A stretch of 64,000 nucleotides of DNA from Macrostomum hystrix (lineage: Eukaryota > Animalia > Platyhelminthes), in assembly GCA_950097015.1 (NCBI GenBank), contig CATNEN010000025.1, forward strand, positions 6,014,001-6,078,000, given 5' to 3'. The notes beneath the pieces are model-generated. The model was not told the origin of the DNA. It did no database searches and saw only the letters and a program-made list of their open reading frames with translations. Position numbers and translations under genes: made by a program. Shown piece after piece: positions 39,701-50,704 of this stretch; the stretch's first letter is position 1; the number at the start of each line of letters is the position of its first letter.

Positions 39701-39728
39701 CTATCTGCACTACTTTGATCAGCATTGA
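36708..39728 (+). CDS. Uncharacterised protein, paralog B, exons 36708-37295, 38066-38527, 39339-39728
   Basis: Same exon structure and phases as paralog A, intact frames and GT-AG sites. Confidence 0.8.
37360..38030. repeat. ~21-26-bp minisatellite (CAGCTGAACACCCCATCCCCAAG, with or without AACAGTA), paralog B intron 1
   Basis: Visible tandem. Confidence 0.95.
38581..38772 (+). mobile_element. SINE family 2 (copy 2), paralog B intron 2
   Basis: GGTGGCAGGGCGGTTAACGCG...GTTCGATTCCACGGCGAGGCCACATT, homologous to the other family 2 copies. Confidence 0.8.
39052..39212 (-). mobile_element. Internally deleted SINE family 1 copy
   Basis: The tail, 3' end and tRNA-like head match 111-419, but about 140 bp of the centre is missing. 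Confidence 0.8.
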
Positions 39729-40019
39729 TTTGATTTGTTGGATTTAACAAATATTGCGCCTTTATTCCAGATCATCTTATTAGCCACTCGTCTTTTACTG
39801 TAAGAATACTTTGTTACGCGCCTAAAAGTCTATTCCGGTTAATCGAATTTTTAAACTTCCGATTAATGTAAATCTTAATTGTGTTCCATTTTCTGATTGT
39901 TTCTTAGAAACTTGATTATTCCATAATTGAATTCGCTTCGTTGAAAACGGCGCTCTTGCTATTTCTGTAGAAACTTCTCTCTTAAAGCGCAAAATAGCTC
40001 ACCGTTTCTTCTGTTTTTG

Positions 40020-41315
40020 TTCTGAAGCTGGGATATCTTTCAGTTTCTTAGAAACTTATTTTCTGAAGCTGGAATATCTTTCAGTTTCTTAGAAACTTAT
40101 ACTCCGAAGCTGGGATATCTTACAGTTTCTTGAAAACTTATATTCTGAAGCTGGGATATCTTTCAGTTTCTTGGAAACTTATATTCTGAAGCTGGGATAT
40201 CTTTCAGTTTCTTAGAAACTTATATTCTGAAGCTGGGATATCTTTCAGTTTCTTGAAAACTTATATTCTGAAGCTGGGATATCTTTCAGTTTCTTGGAAA
40301 CTTATATTCTGAAGCTGGGATATCTTTCAGTTTCTTGGAAACTTATATTCTGAAGCTGGGATATCTTTCAGTTTCTTAGAAACTTATATTCTGAAGCTGG
40401 GATATCTTTCAGTTTCTTGGAAACTTATATTCTGAAGCTGGGATATCTTTCAGTTTCTTAGAAACTTATATTCTGAAGCTGGAATATCTTTCAGTTTCTT
40501 GGAAACTTATATTCTGAAGCTGGGATATCTTTCAGTTTCTTGGAAACTTATATTCTGAAGCTGGGATGTCTTTCAGTTTCTTGGAAACTTATATTCTGAA
40601 GCTGGGATATCTTTCAGTTTCTTGGAAACTTATATTCTGAAGCTGGGATATCTTTCAGTTTCTTAGAAACTTATACTCCGAAGCTGGGATATCTTAAAGT
40701 TTCTTGAAAACTTATATTCTGAAGCTGGGATATCTTTCAGTTTCTTGGAAACTTATATTCTGAAGCTGGGATATCTTTCAGTTTCTTAGAAACTTATATT
40801 CTGAAGCTGGGATATCTTTCAGTTTCTTGGAAACTTATATTCTGAAGCTGGGATGTCTTTCAGTTTCTTGGAAACTTATATTCTGAAGCTGGGATATCTT
40901 TCAGTTTCTTGGAAACTTATATTCTGAAGCTGGGATATCTTTCAGTTTCTTAGAAACTTATATTCTGAAGCTGGGATATCTTTCAGTTTCTTAGAAACTT
41001 ATATTCTGAAGCTGGGATATCTTTCAGTTTCTTGGAAACTTATATTCTGAAGCTGGGATATCTTTCAGTTTCTTAGAAACTTATATTCTGAAGCTGGAAT
41101 ATCTTTCAGTTTCTTGGAAACTTATATTCTGAAGCTGGAATATCATTCAGTTTCTTGGAAACTTATATTCTGAAGCTGGGATATCTTTCAGTTTCTTAGA
41201 AACTTATATTCTGAAGCTGGAATATCTTTCAGTTTCTTGGAAACTTATATTCTGAAGTTGGGATATCTTTCAGTTTCTTAGAAACTTATATTCTGAAGCT
41301 GGAATATCTTTCATC
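40020..41315. repeat. 41-bp minisatellite (TTCTGAAGCTGGGATATCTTTCAGTTTCTTGGAAACTTATA), about 31 copies
   Basis: Period of 41 counted by hand. Related to the XPA intron array. Confidence 0.96.
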
Positions 41316-42399
41316 AGTTTCCGAAAGTTGTAAAAGTTTACAAAGTTTGTAACTTTTAAGCGTCTTATTGTACGAGTATATTTTCACTATTTTAATCGCA
41401 TGAACCCATTAAGTGCTTTTACACTATACATTTTTTATTAACCAACCATTTGCTTGTCACGATAATATATATTGTGTAAGTTAGCAGTAAGTAAAGGTAT
41501 TTTTATTTATTGAAAAAGCACTTTATTGAGTCAGTTTTGTTTCATTATTCATTATCTATATTTATTGCGTGCTTCAATGATGTTTTTTAGATTTTATAAA
41601 ACAAAATATGGATTTGAATCGAATCCATTCGCCCACTTTACAATAGTTGCAACAACGTTCTTTATGTGCAATAAAAGCTTTTCTATACTCCAGTTTAATT
41701 GCGATTTTAAAGAAAAATAAATCAGTTTTGATTTCAATTGAAAGCAGTGTAGACTTTAATAATTTGTAAAATATATTACCAATTCGTTGACTAGGCGGTA
41801 TAACGATGTATTCTTAGTTACTATAGACGGTCAGGACCTAAGCCTAAAGTGAATAAGGAACATTGATTTCCGCATGATTGGTGCACTTTTAGCCACAGTT
41901 AAACGCTCTGTTATATGACAGGTGGTTAGTTGCTAGGCAAATAGACTTTAGTGTCCGCGCACATGCATACTCGTAATAGCGTTGTTAGAAACTTTATCTT
42001 ATCTCGCATCCTTCTAGGCCCATTTTTAAAGCTGCGAGTTGGTTTTCGTGTTAGTGGTTTTCTGTCTTCAGTATCTGGGGGGTTTCTATGTGGACTGGAA
42101 GCCAAATTTGGTTGTGTTTTAACTAGCCCTAGTGCGGCACAGTTTGCCAATCTGCGCACATTGTGTGTAGATTGAATTATATACAAGTTAAATGTGGAAA
42201 TGCAGAGCGATTAGTGTATTGATAGGTCGAATGTACAAATTTAGATTATTAATGGTATACAAAGTGCTATGAAAGTCAACGCGGCTAGCCATGTAAGTCT
42301 GTACACATATGGGTAGAGATGATAAAAAAGTGAAGATCCGTACACGCATCGGTAAGGACTTTTCATGCGTCTTTACGATCAGTACACAGATAGATGTAG

Positions 42400-42780
42400 A
42401 TCTGTACACAGATAGATTGACATATGTACACAGATTAAAAGTATATCTGTAAACACAGAAGAGTAAACACTGGAATAGTTAACAAATAGCAGCGTGGATG
42501 TGTACACAGATAGAAGTAGATCTATACACAGATAGATTGACATATGTACACAGGTAGCTAGGTAGATCTGTACACAGGTAGCTAGGTAGATCTGTACACA
42601 GGTAGCTAGGTAGATCTGTACACAGGTAGCTAGGTAGATCTGTACACAGGTAGCTAGGTAGATCTGTACACAGGTAGCTAGGTAGATCTGTACACAGGTA
42701 GCTAGGTAGATATGTACACAGGTAGCTAGGTAGATATGTACACGGATAGCAAGGTAGATCTGTACACAGATAGGTAGACC
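42400..42780. repeat. 24-bp minisatellite (ACACAGGTAGCTAGGTAGATCTGT) just upstream of the XPA acceptor
   Basis: Visible tandem; 8-aa period in the ORF track. Confidence 0.92.
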
Positions 42781-42815
42781 AGTGCACATTCCATTCGCCC
42801 AACCCGCGCCCGCAG

Positions 42816-44672
42816 CCTCTGACCCAGGAGCAGCTCGCGCGCAGTGAGCGCAACCGTCAGGCGGCCCTCCTGCTGCGTCAGTCAAAGCAGCGCCTACGCG
42901 ACCTTCAAGAGAAGCAGCCGTCGCAACAGTCAAAGATCGGTGGCGGATCCGCAATCGCCGTCGCCGTCGGCTTCGGCGGTACAGTCGGCGCTGCCACTGT
43001 CGACTCGCGCGCCGGCTTCCTCTACGACGAAGACGATGACGGCGTTGTCGGTGGCAGCGGCAAGCGGCGCGAGCGTCGCCTAGTTACGGAACCCGCGCCG
43101 CTAGTCGACCCCAACGAGTTAGTCTGCGCCGACTGCGACAAGCCTTTCAATTCGTCGTTTCTATTCGACAGATTCGACTTGCGAGTCTGCGACGGCTGCT
43201 ACGAAGCCAAACGAGAGGAGGCCTATGGCCTCATCGCTCGCAGCGATGCCAAGTCGCGCTATCTATTGAAAGACGGCGATCTGGACAGGCGGGAGCCAGT
43301 TCTGCGCTGCTTGCTGCGGAGGAATCCTCACAATCCAAGGGGCGGGGATATGCGCCTCTATCTGGAGGCCCAGGTGGGGGTCCGCTGTTAACAGGAGATT
43401 AGATTTATGAGTAGAAACGAGGTAGTCTTTCAGTTCATTTCAGTTTTCGTTTCGGCCTTCGGTTTCTTAAAAAAAACTTTTCTAAACCTACAGCTTTAGG
43501 TTTTTTTTAATTGTCTTCTGAAGCTGGAATGGCTTTAAGTTTCGTAGAAAGCTCTCATCTCTAGTTGGAGTAGCTTTCAGGTTCTTAAAAACATTTCTTC
43601 TGAAGCTTGGATAGCTTTCAGTTTCTAAGAAAATTCTCTTTTGATGCTCTTAGAAGCTTTAAGGGAATGTACCGAGGGAATAGCTTTCAGTTTCTTAGAA
43701 ACGTCTATTGTAAAGCTGGAATAGCTTTCAGTTTCTTAGAAACGTCTCTTGTAAAGCTGGAATAGCTTTCAGTTTCTTAGAAACGTCTCTTGTAAAGCTG
43801 GAATAGCTTTCAGTTTCTTAGAAACGTCTCTTGTAAAGCTGGAATAGCTTTCAGTTTCTTAGAAACGTCTATTGTAAAGCTGGAATAGCTTTCAGTTTCT
43901 TAGAAACGTCTCTTGTAAAGCTGGAATAGCTTTCAGTTTCTTAGAAACGTCTCTTGTAAAGCTGGAATAGTTTTCAGTTTCTTAGAAACGTCTCTTGTAA
44001 AGCTGGAATAGTTTTCAGTTTCTTAGAAACGTCTCTTGTAAAGCTGGAATAGCTTTCAGTTTCTTAGAAACGTCTCTTGTAAAGCTGGAATAGCTTTCAG
44101 TTTCTTAGAAACGTCTCTTGTAAAGCTGGAATAGCTTTCAGTTTCTTAGAAACGTCTCTTGTAAAGCTGGAATAGCTTTCAGTTTCTTAGAAACGTCTCT
44201 TGTAAAGCTGGAATAGCTTTCAGTTTCTTAGAAACGTCTCTTGTAAAGCTGGAATAGCTTTCAGTTTCTTAGAAACTTCTCTTCTTTAGCAAGCATAACT
44301 TTAAGTTTCTAAGAATCTTCTTCTAAAGCTGAGACTAGATCTGCACAGTTAGAGACGAGGTCATAAGAGACCAACGAGTTTTCTCTCCTGTCCCAGGTGG
44401 CCCAGCGCGCCCTGGACGTGTGGGGCTCGGAGGAGGCGCTGTCCGAGGAGCTGGACAAGCGGGCCGCCAGCAAGGACCGGGCCAAGAAGCGCCAATTCGA
44501 TCAGCGCATGCGAGAGCTTCGGCTGCACGTGCGTTCTAGCCTGGCCCCGAAGCGCGAGTATCGGCACGAGCATCGCTTCGGCGACGAGGAGCCAGTAGGT
44601 GGCGACAACGCCGACGAGTATTGCCGCACCTGCCTGGACTGCGGCTATCAGCAGACCTTCTGCAAGATGTAG
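42816..44672 (+). CDS. XPA: DNA repair protein XPA, exons 42816-43373 and 44397-44672; start codon not present in these exons
   Basis: N-terminal PLTQEQLARSERNRQAALLLRQ, DSRAGFLYDEDDD (similar to the XPA GGGF acidic motif), zinc finger CADC...CDGC, KSRYLLKD.DL, RNPH....DMRLYL..QV..RAL.VWGSEE and C-terminal HEH.FG...C..C...KM. Confidence 0.93.
43680..44280. repeat. 41-bp minisatellite (GCTGGAATAGCTTTCAGTTTCTTAGAAACGTCTCTTGTAAA) in the XPA intron
   Basis: Period 41; same family as 40020-41315. Confidence 0.96.
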
Positions 44673-45099
44673 CGCCGGCATTTTTTTCACTGCGACTGCG
44701 ACTTTTTCTAATACGAATATATAGCGTTTATTTTTTTGTGCAAATTATACTCACCTCACTACTCTCAGTAGCAGTAGTAGTCAAATTGTCTTGTACTTTT
44801 GCTTTAACACAAAATACTTTCAATGTTTGACGTGTTCTCATGAGCCTACTTCCAAAGGCAGTTAATGATAATTTGCTTTGGTGCATCTCAATTGACTAAG
44901 TTTGTTTCTAGACAATTTCTTACTTTTAAATATCTACTGCTGTTGTAATTGTAGGTATTGTTTATCCTGTGTAAATATAGAAAGTGAAAACCTCCTTTTT
45001 TACTTTCAAATCATAATAAGCTTTTGTTCAGAAAATGTGGATTTGAAGTTTTTTGTTTTTTTAACAATCAGCTTTGTACAAAAATGAAAGCTTGAATTT

Positions 45100-45480
45100 T
45101 CACTCTTCTGTCTACCTCTTCTCTCTCCCTTTTCTGTCTCCCTCTACTGTCTACCTCTTATATCTCCCTATTCTGTCTCCCTCTTCTGTCTACCTCTTCC
45201 GTCTCCTCTCTCCGTCTTCTGTCTTCCTCTACTGTCTACCTCCTGTGTCTACCTCCTGTGTCTACCTCTTCTGTCTCCTTCTTCTCTTCCTCTTCTGTCT
45301 ACCTCTTCTCTCCCACTCTTCTGTCTACCTCTTCTGTCTACCTCTTCTGTCTACCTCTTCTTTCTACCTCTTCTGTCTCCCTCTTCTATCTACCTCTTCT
45401 GTCTACCTCTTCTGTCTACCTCTTCTGCCTGCCTCTTCTCTCTCTCTACTGTCTCAGTCTCCCTCTTCTCTATCCCTGTC
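45100..45480. repeat. CT-rich low-complexity tandem (CTCTTCTGTCTAC-like) upstream of the ENPP acceptor
   Basis: Visible pyrimidine-rich repeat. Confidence 0.88.
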
Positions 45481-45585
45481 TGTTTTTGTTAGTATCTTCT
45501 TTATTACGCCCGCTGCATTTTTCTAATTTAGGTAATGTAATTTTAGAATGTAATCACTGCTAATTGACGTCTGCAGGCAATCCTA

Positions 45586-47803
45586 ATGCGCACTCTAAAA
45601 TATATCTTCACTGGCGTTCTGCTGCCAGCCCTGCTGCTTAGCAACAGCTGCTCCGCCACAGCCGCCAGCCCTTGGCAGCCGCCTCTGAAGCCCCAGCGAC
45701 TGCCTCTTCTAATCGTGATCTTCGACGGTTTCCGTCACGACTACATGGAACTCTACCGCTCTAAGTTCGGCATTCGATTGCCGAATTTCGAATCGTTCAC
45801 CGGTTCCGGAGTGCGCGCCAAACTAGTAAAAAATGTTTATCCAACTGAAACCCTGCCTAATCACCAGAGCCTCGTCACCGGACTGTACGCTGACAGTCAC
45901 GGCTTTGTTATGAACACATTCTTAGATTCTCAACTGCCCAGTGCAGGAGTGTTCTCTATATTTAACCAGTCCAGCCTGAATGATCCGGCCTGGACCTTAG
46001 GTTGGCCGGAGCCGATTTGGGTGACCAATCAGCGACAGGGTGGCCGGTCCGCGGTTGTACTTTATCCCAATTCGGATGTTCCGTTTAACGATGTCCTGCC
46101 GTTTGTGCAGGTTAGTGTCCAACTTTTAACCTTCTCATGATTTTTTGTTGCTAAGAGAATTTGCGCTCTTGACAACCGAAATGTTGCCTTAGAAACAAAT
46201 AATAGTACATTTTAAACCAACTGACACCTTAACTACCTCCAAGAATGGCACCCTACCAACCAAGAATGACACCAAAGCAACCAATAATGACACCATAGCA
46301 ACTAAGAATGACACCCTACAAACCAAGAATGACACCATAGCAACCAAGAATGACACCATAGCAACTAATAATGACACCATAGCAACCAAGAATGACACCC
46401 TACCAACCAAGAGTGACACCATAACAACCAAGAATGACACCATATTAACCAAGAATGACACCATAGCAACTAATAATGACACCATAGCAACCAAGAATGA
46501 CACCCTACCAACCAAGAGTGACACCATAACAACCAAGAATGACACCATATTAACCAAGAGTGACACCATAGCAACCAAGAATGACACTATGCCAACCAAG
46601 AATGATACCATAGCAACCAAGAATGACACCATAGCAACCAATTATTATCCTTAGAAACAGTGAAATGCACCAGCAAGCCAATATTGTTACCTTAGCAACC
46701 AGTCAGGTTCTTATATTACCTTAACAACCAATTCCCTACACTTGCAGGTAGACGAATACTCCCTACTAAACAGCGCCAGCAACAGTCGCTACCCGTACAG
46801 CCGCCGCGTGGATCGCATTCTCCACTGGTTAGGCAATCCGGATCAGTACAATATTAATCTGGCCCTGTTGTACTTTGACGAGCCAGACCATACGGCCCAC
46901 CAGACTGGCCACCTGAGCCGTGAAGTTGCCGACAGGCTCCTGGAGCTCGACTTTCAGCTCGGCCGCCTCTTGAATGGCCTCGATAGTCTAAAAATTCTGG
47001 ATAAAGTTAACATTGTGCTGACAGCAGATCATGGCATGACAACTGGAAACACTTCTAATCTGATCGATCTAGATAGCATTGTGAATCCGGCCTGGTACGA
47101 CAATTATCTAGCCGACAAGGCCAATATACATTTTAGTCTATGGCCAAAACCTGGCCGAACTGCCGACATTCTGAAAGCTGTGTCGGACGCTAAACTGCCC
47201 TACCTGTTCGCCAGTCAGCCAGCCAATCTGCCGCAATGGATGCACTTTAACAATTCGCGACGCATTTCGCCAGTATTTCTATACACAAAAGCGCCCTATG
47301 TTATAGTTGTTGGCGGCCTACCCAGCAACCCGCCAGCTAGATTCGGTGTTCACGGATACTTTAACAATGATACGGATATGTGGCCTCTGTGGCTAGCCAG
47401 AGGACCAGCATTTCGCTCTGGCGGCGCTGTTGTTGATGGCCAGTTCCAATCCGTAGACTTGTATCCACTTGCCTGCAAACTATTAGGCCTAGAAGCCAAT
47501 CCTAACAATGGATCGTTGGATAGGATTGCTAGCGTACTGTCCTCGCCTGATTGGTTGCAACTTAACACTATTCAAAATGACAGTCTTCTACTCTATAATA
47601 GGATTATGAAATGGAAATGTCATTTTCTACGAGTACATCAACAGGACGGTGACGTTGATCCAGTTTATTTTGTGGCGCTCGGAATTGTCATCATGCTGGT
47701 TGTAGTGGTGTTTCTGCTTAGTTTTCTAGTACAGCACTGGCGATGGCAGTATCTCAAGCTGCGCGTGGCCTTCGAGGCCAAGCGAGCGTCTGCGATTCTC
47801 TGA
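45586..47803 (+). CDS. Ectonucleotide pyrophosphatase/phosphodiesterase (ENPP4/5-like, type I membrane), exons 45586-46110 and 46748-47803
   Basis: Signal peptide, LLIVIFDGFRHDY, PTETLPNHQSLVTG (nucleophile Thr kept), WPEPIWVT, YFDEPDHTAH, LTADHGM, GVHGY and a C-terminal TM helix. Phase-0 junction. Confidence 0.92.
46240..46640. repeat. 21-bp minisatellite (ACCAAGAATGACACCATAGCA) in the ENPP intron
   Basis: Visible tandem. Confidence 0.93.
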
Positions 47804-47829
47804 TTAACCTTTAGATTGATTATATAAAT

Positions 47830-48480
47830 AAATGACGTGGCATCATCCTATTGGACCAGAGAAGAAAGAGCGAACAGAAACTTTAAAATGTCGTGGGTGG
47901 TTAGTGGTTAGTGATTGGTTAGTGGGCATCATAGTAGAAATAAAGAAACATGTAAAGTGACGTGCCACTGTCCTATTGGTCAGGGGGCTATGAGAGAAAC
48001 AAGCCTATAAAAGGACGTTAATCTACGTTTAGATCCACTTCTAAAAGTATATTTCTGTTCAATGCTTTGTTTTTACTATAGCTGCTTTTTAGTAGTATCG
48101 ACTAATGATGTGCATGGCACTGTCCTATTGGTCAGGTAGGGGTAAGAGAAACGAAGGCTTGAGAATGATGTGGCACTCTCTTATTGGTCAGTGGAGGTCA
48201 GAGAAACGAAGGCTGTAGAATGACGTGGCACTGTCCTATTGGTAAGAGAAACGAAGGCTGAAGAATTATCTGGCACTGTCTTATCGGTCAGATAGGGGTA
48301 AGAGAAACGAAAGCTAAAGAATTATCTTGCACTGTCCTATTGGTAAGAGAAACGAAGGCTGAAGAATTATCTGGCACTGTCTTATCGGTCAGATAGGGGT
48401 AAGAGAAACGAAGGCTGAAGAATTATCTGGCACTGTCTTATCGGTCAGATAGGGGTAAGAGAAACGAAAGCTATATAATG
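47830..48480. repeat. Degenerate ~40-50-bp tandem with TGGCACTGTCCTATTGGTCAG core, upstream of NAA40
   Basis: Visible repeats; same family as 49490-49925. Confidence 0.85.
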
Positions 48481-49019
48481 GTGATTTGGCATTGACGTTT
48501 TATTCAAGAATTTTCTATGCTTTCACAAACCTACTTCCATTGCTCACTTCAGTGTAGGAAATTCCTTTTTTGTGTGTTTCTATTTTTTAGTTGTTTTTTT
48601 TTCTTCAGAAAATTGCATCATTAAATGGCTAATTGTGCTATTTCAAGATTTAAGGGTTTGTGAGTGTATCTTTTTGTGCTCAATTTGAGCATTGTTGTTT
48701 TTAACAATATTTTTGTTATTAAAAAAATAAATAATAACATTTTAATATGCTGCATTAGCACTTTAGCACATGTACTTTTAATAATACTTCAATAGCTTTC
48801 CAGTTAAAAAAGAATTACACCTATTAATTGCTTCTTAGTTTATTTTGACTAAGAGACTCTTGGTGTCAGAAAGGGTTTTAAGATTGTCTTTAATTTTTCA
48901 AGATAAAAGGATGTCACAGTGGCACCTTTCAAAGATACCGAATGTCGCATTGTCACACACCTGTCCTAGCCTATGTGTGAATACAAATAAAGTACAAAAA
49001 ACAGCTGGCCAACTTCCAG

Positions 49020-50237
49020 CCATCCACGCGTGGATCGTTGTCCAAGCCTAACCCCGCCAAAGCCGCCGTCGCCGCGGCCAACCTTGCCGACGATCCGTTA
49101 GCGACATTCGGCTTCGCCAGCGTCGCCAACGCCGATAGCGACCGGCTGGTCTGTCGGCGAGCCCGCAGCCTGGATGGTCGAATGCGTCGGGCCGCATTTG
49201 GTATTGTGCGGTGTAATATGCGCAGCATGTACATGCGCAGCTCCTGGGGCTGGAGTGACTCGGCCAAGCGGCGCGAATTGTTCCATCCCGAGGCTTACTT
49301 TCTGCTGCTCCTAGGCGCAGAGGGAGAGCTGCTCGGATTGGCTAACTTTCGATTCGATTTGGAGAATGGCCGGCCAGTCCTTTATCTGTATGAATTACAG
49401 GTGGGTCCTTGCGACCTGAGCTTCTCTAGACCTGACACCTAATTTGTACTCTAGAGTCTAGGAAGCATCCTAGACCTGCTGAATAATGATGAGGCACTGT
49501 CCTATTGGTCAAGAAGGGGTAAGAGAAACGAAGGCTCTAGAATGATGTGGCACTGTCCTATTGGTCAGGTAGGGATAAGAGAAACGAAGGCTGTAGAAGA
49601 ATGATGTGGTACTGTCCTACTGTGGTACTGGTCAGGGAGTGGTAAGAGAAGAGAGGCTGTTGAATGATGTGGCACTCTCTTATTGGTCAGGAAAGGTAGG
49701 AGAGAAACGAAGGCTGTTGATTGATGTGGCACTCTCTTATTGGTCATGGGGGGAAGGAGAGAAACAAAGGCTGTTGATTGATGTGGTACTCTCTTATTGG
49801 TCATGGGGGTAGGAGAGAAATGAAGGCTGTTTATTGATGTAGGACTCTCTTATTGGTAAGAGAGGGGTAAGAGAAACAAAGGCTCTAGAATGATGTGGCA
49901 CTGTCCTATTGGTCAGGGAGTCGTAAGATAAACGAAGGCGGTAGAATGAACCCCGAAATCAAAGTTAACCAATATTTGCCTGCAGGTGGTGCAAAATTGC
50001 CAAAGGCGAGGTATCGGCGCAAAACTCCTGTCAATGCTTCGTTGCCTAGCAACCGGCGCCAGAATGTCGGCCCTAACTGCAACGGTGTTCAATTTCAATG
50101 TAGCCTCGCTGGTATTCTTCAGTGCCGCAGGATTTCTGCCAGATGATGCCGCATCGGTGGCACAGGATGTTGACTATGTCATTTTGACGTTGCCATTAAT
50201 ATCACCAAAGGAAATATCTAATGACAGCATTGAATAA
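49020..50237 (+). CDS. NAA40: N-alpha-acetyltransferase 40 (NatD), exons 49020-49400 and 49986-50237; no in-frame genomic ATG
   Basis: AAVAAAN...DPL, NMRSMY..S.WGW.D..KR.E, FRFDLE....LY.YELQV, RRGIG..L and TVF.FN..S..FF match the NAA40 GNAT signature. Confidence 0.88.
49490..49925. repeat. GATGTGGCACTGTCCTATTGGTCAG-family tandem in the NAA40 intron
   Basis: Visible repeats. Confidence 0.88.
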
Positions 50238-50704
50238 AACTGCTTTAGATGCAATTATGTTGTCTGTCTAAATGAAATTATGTTGTCGCAATATTATTTT
50301 TATCATTAGTGTTCGACTTTTACGATTGAGTAAAGTAAAACTAACATATTCAGTATAATTTACTGAGAGAATTTCTAATCAAACCGTAAGCTATGAAAGG
50401 TAACTAACTTGTCTGCAATTGTGGAAATACTTTTCTAGTACTTTTCGAGACTTTTTTAGTACTTTTTTAAAGCGGTAAATTTCGTCGTGAAAAACGATAG
50501 AGAAAGGAATATATCATGAGGATTAGACTAGTGACTAGGATAAGGATCTGAAAAAGAGATAAGGATAGGGATTAGAAGGATATTGTGATTAGCGGCAGTT
50601 AAAAAAGACACCAATGCTAAGGCAGGAGCTCAAAAGGCGTACAAATACCTAAGAGAAATTAGACTATTGAAAACACAGAATCAGCCTGTTGAGATTGAAA
50701 CGGA

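Noticed and set aside
41916-42175. Spliced mini-ORF ATG ACA G|...|GC CCA (55 aa) upstream of XPA
   Set aside because: Weak donor, no homology and an AT-rich context; plausibly chance.
42309-42351. MGRDDKKVKIRTRI exon as the XPA first exon
   Set aside because: It ends in phase 1, whereas all XPA acceptors are phase 0.
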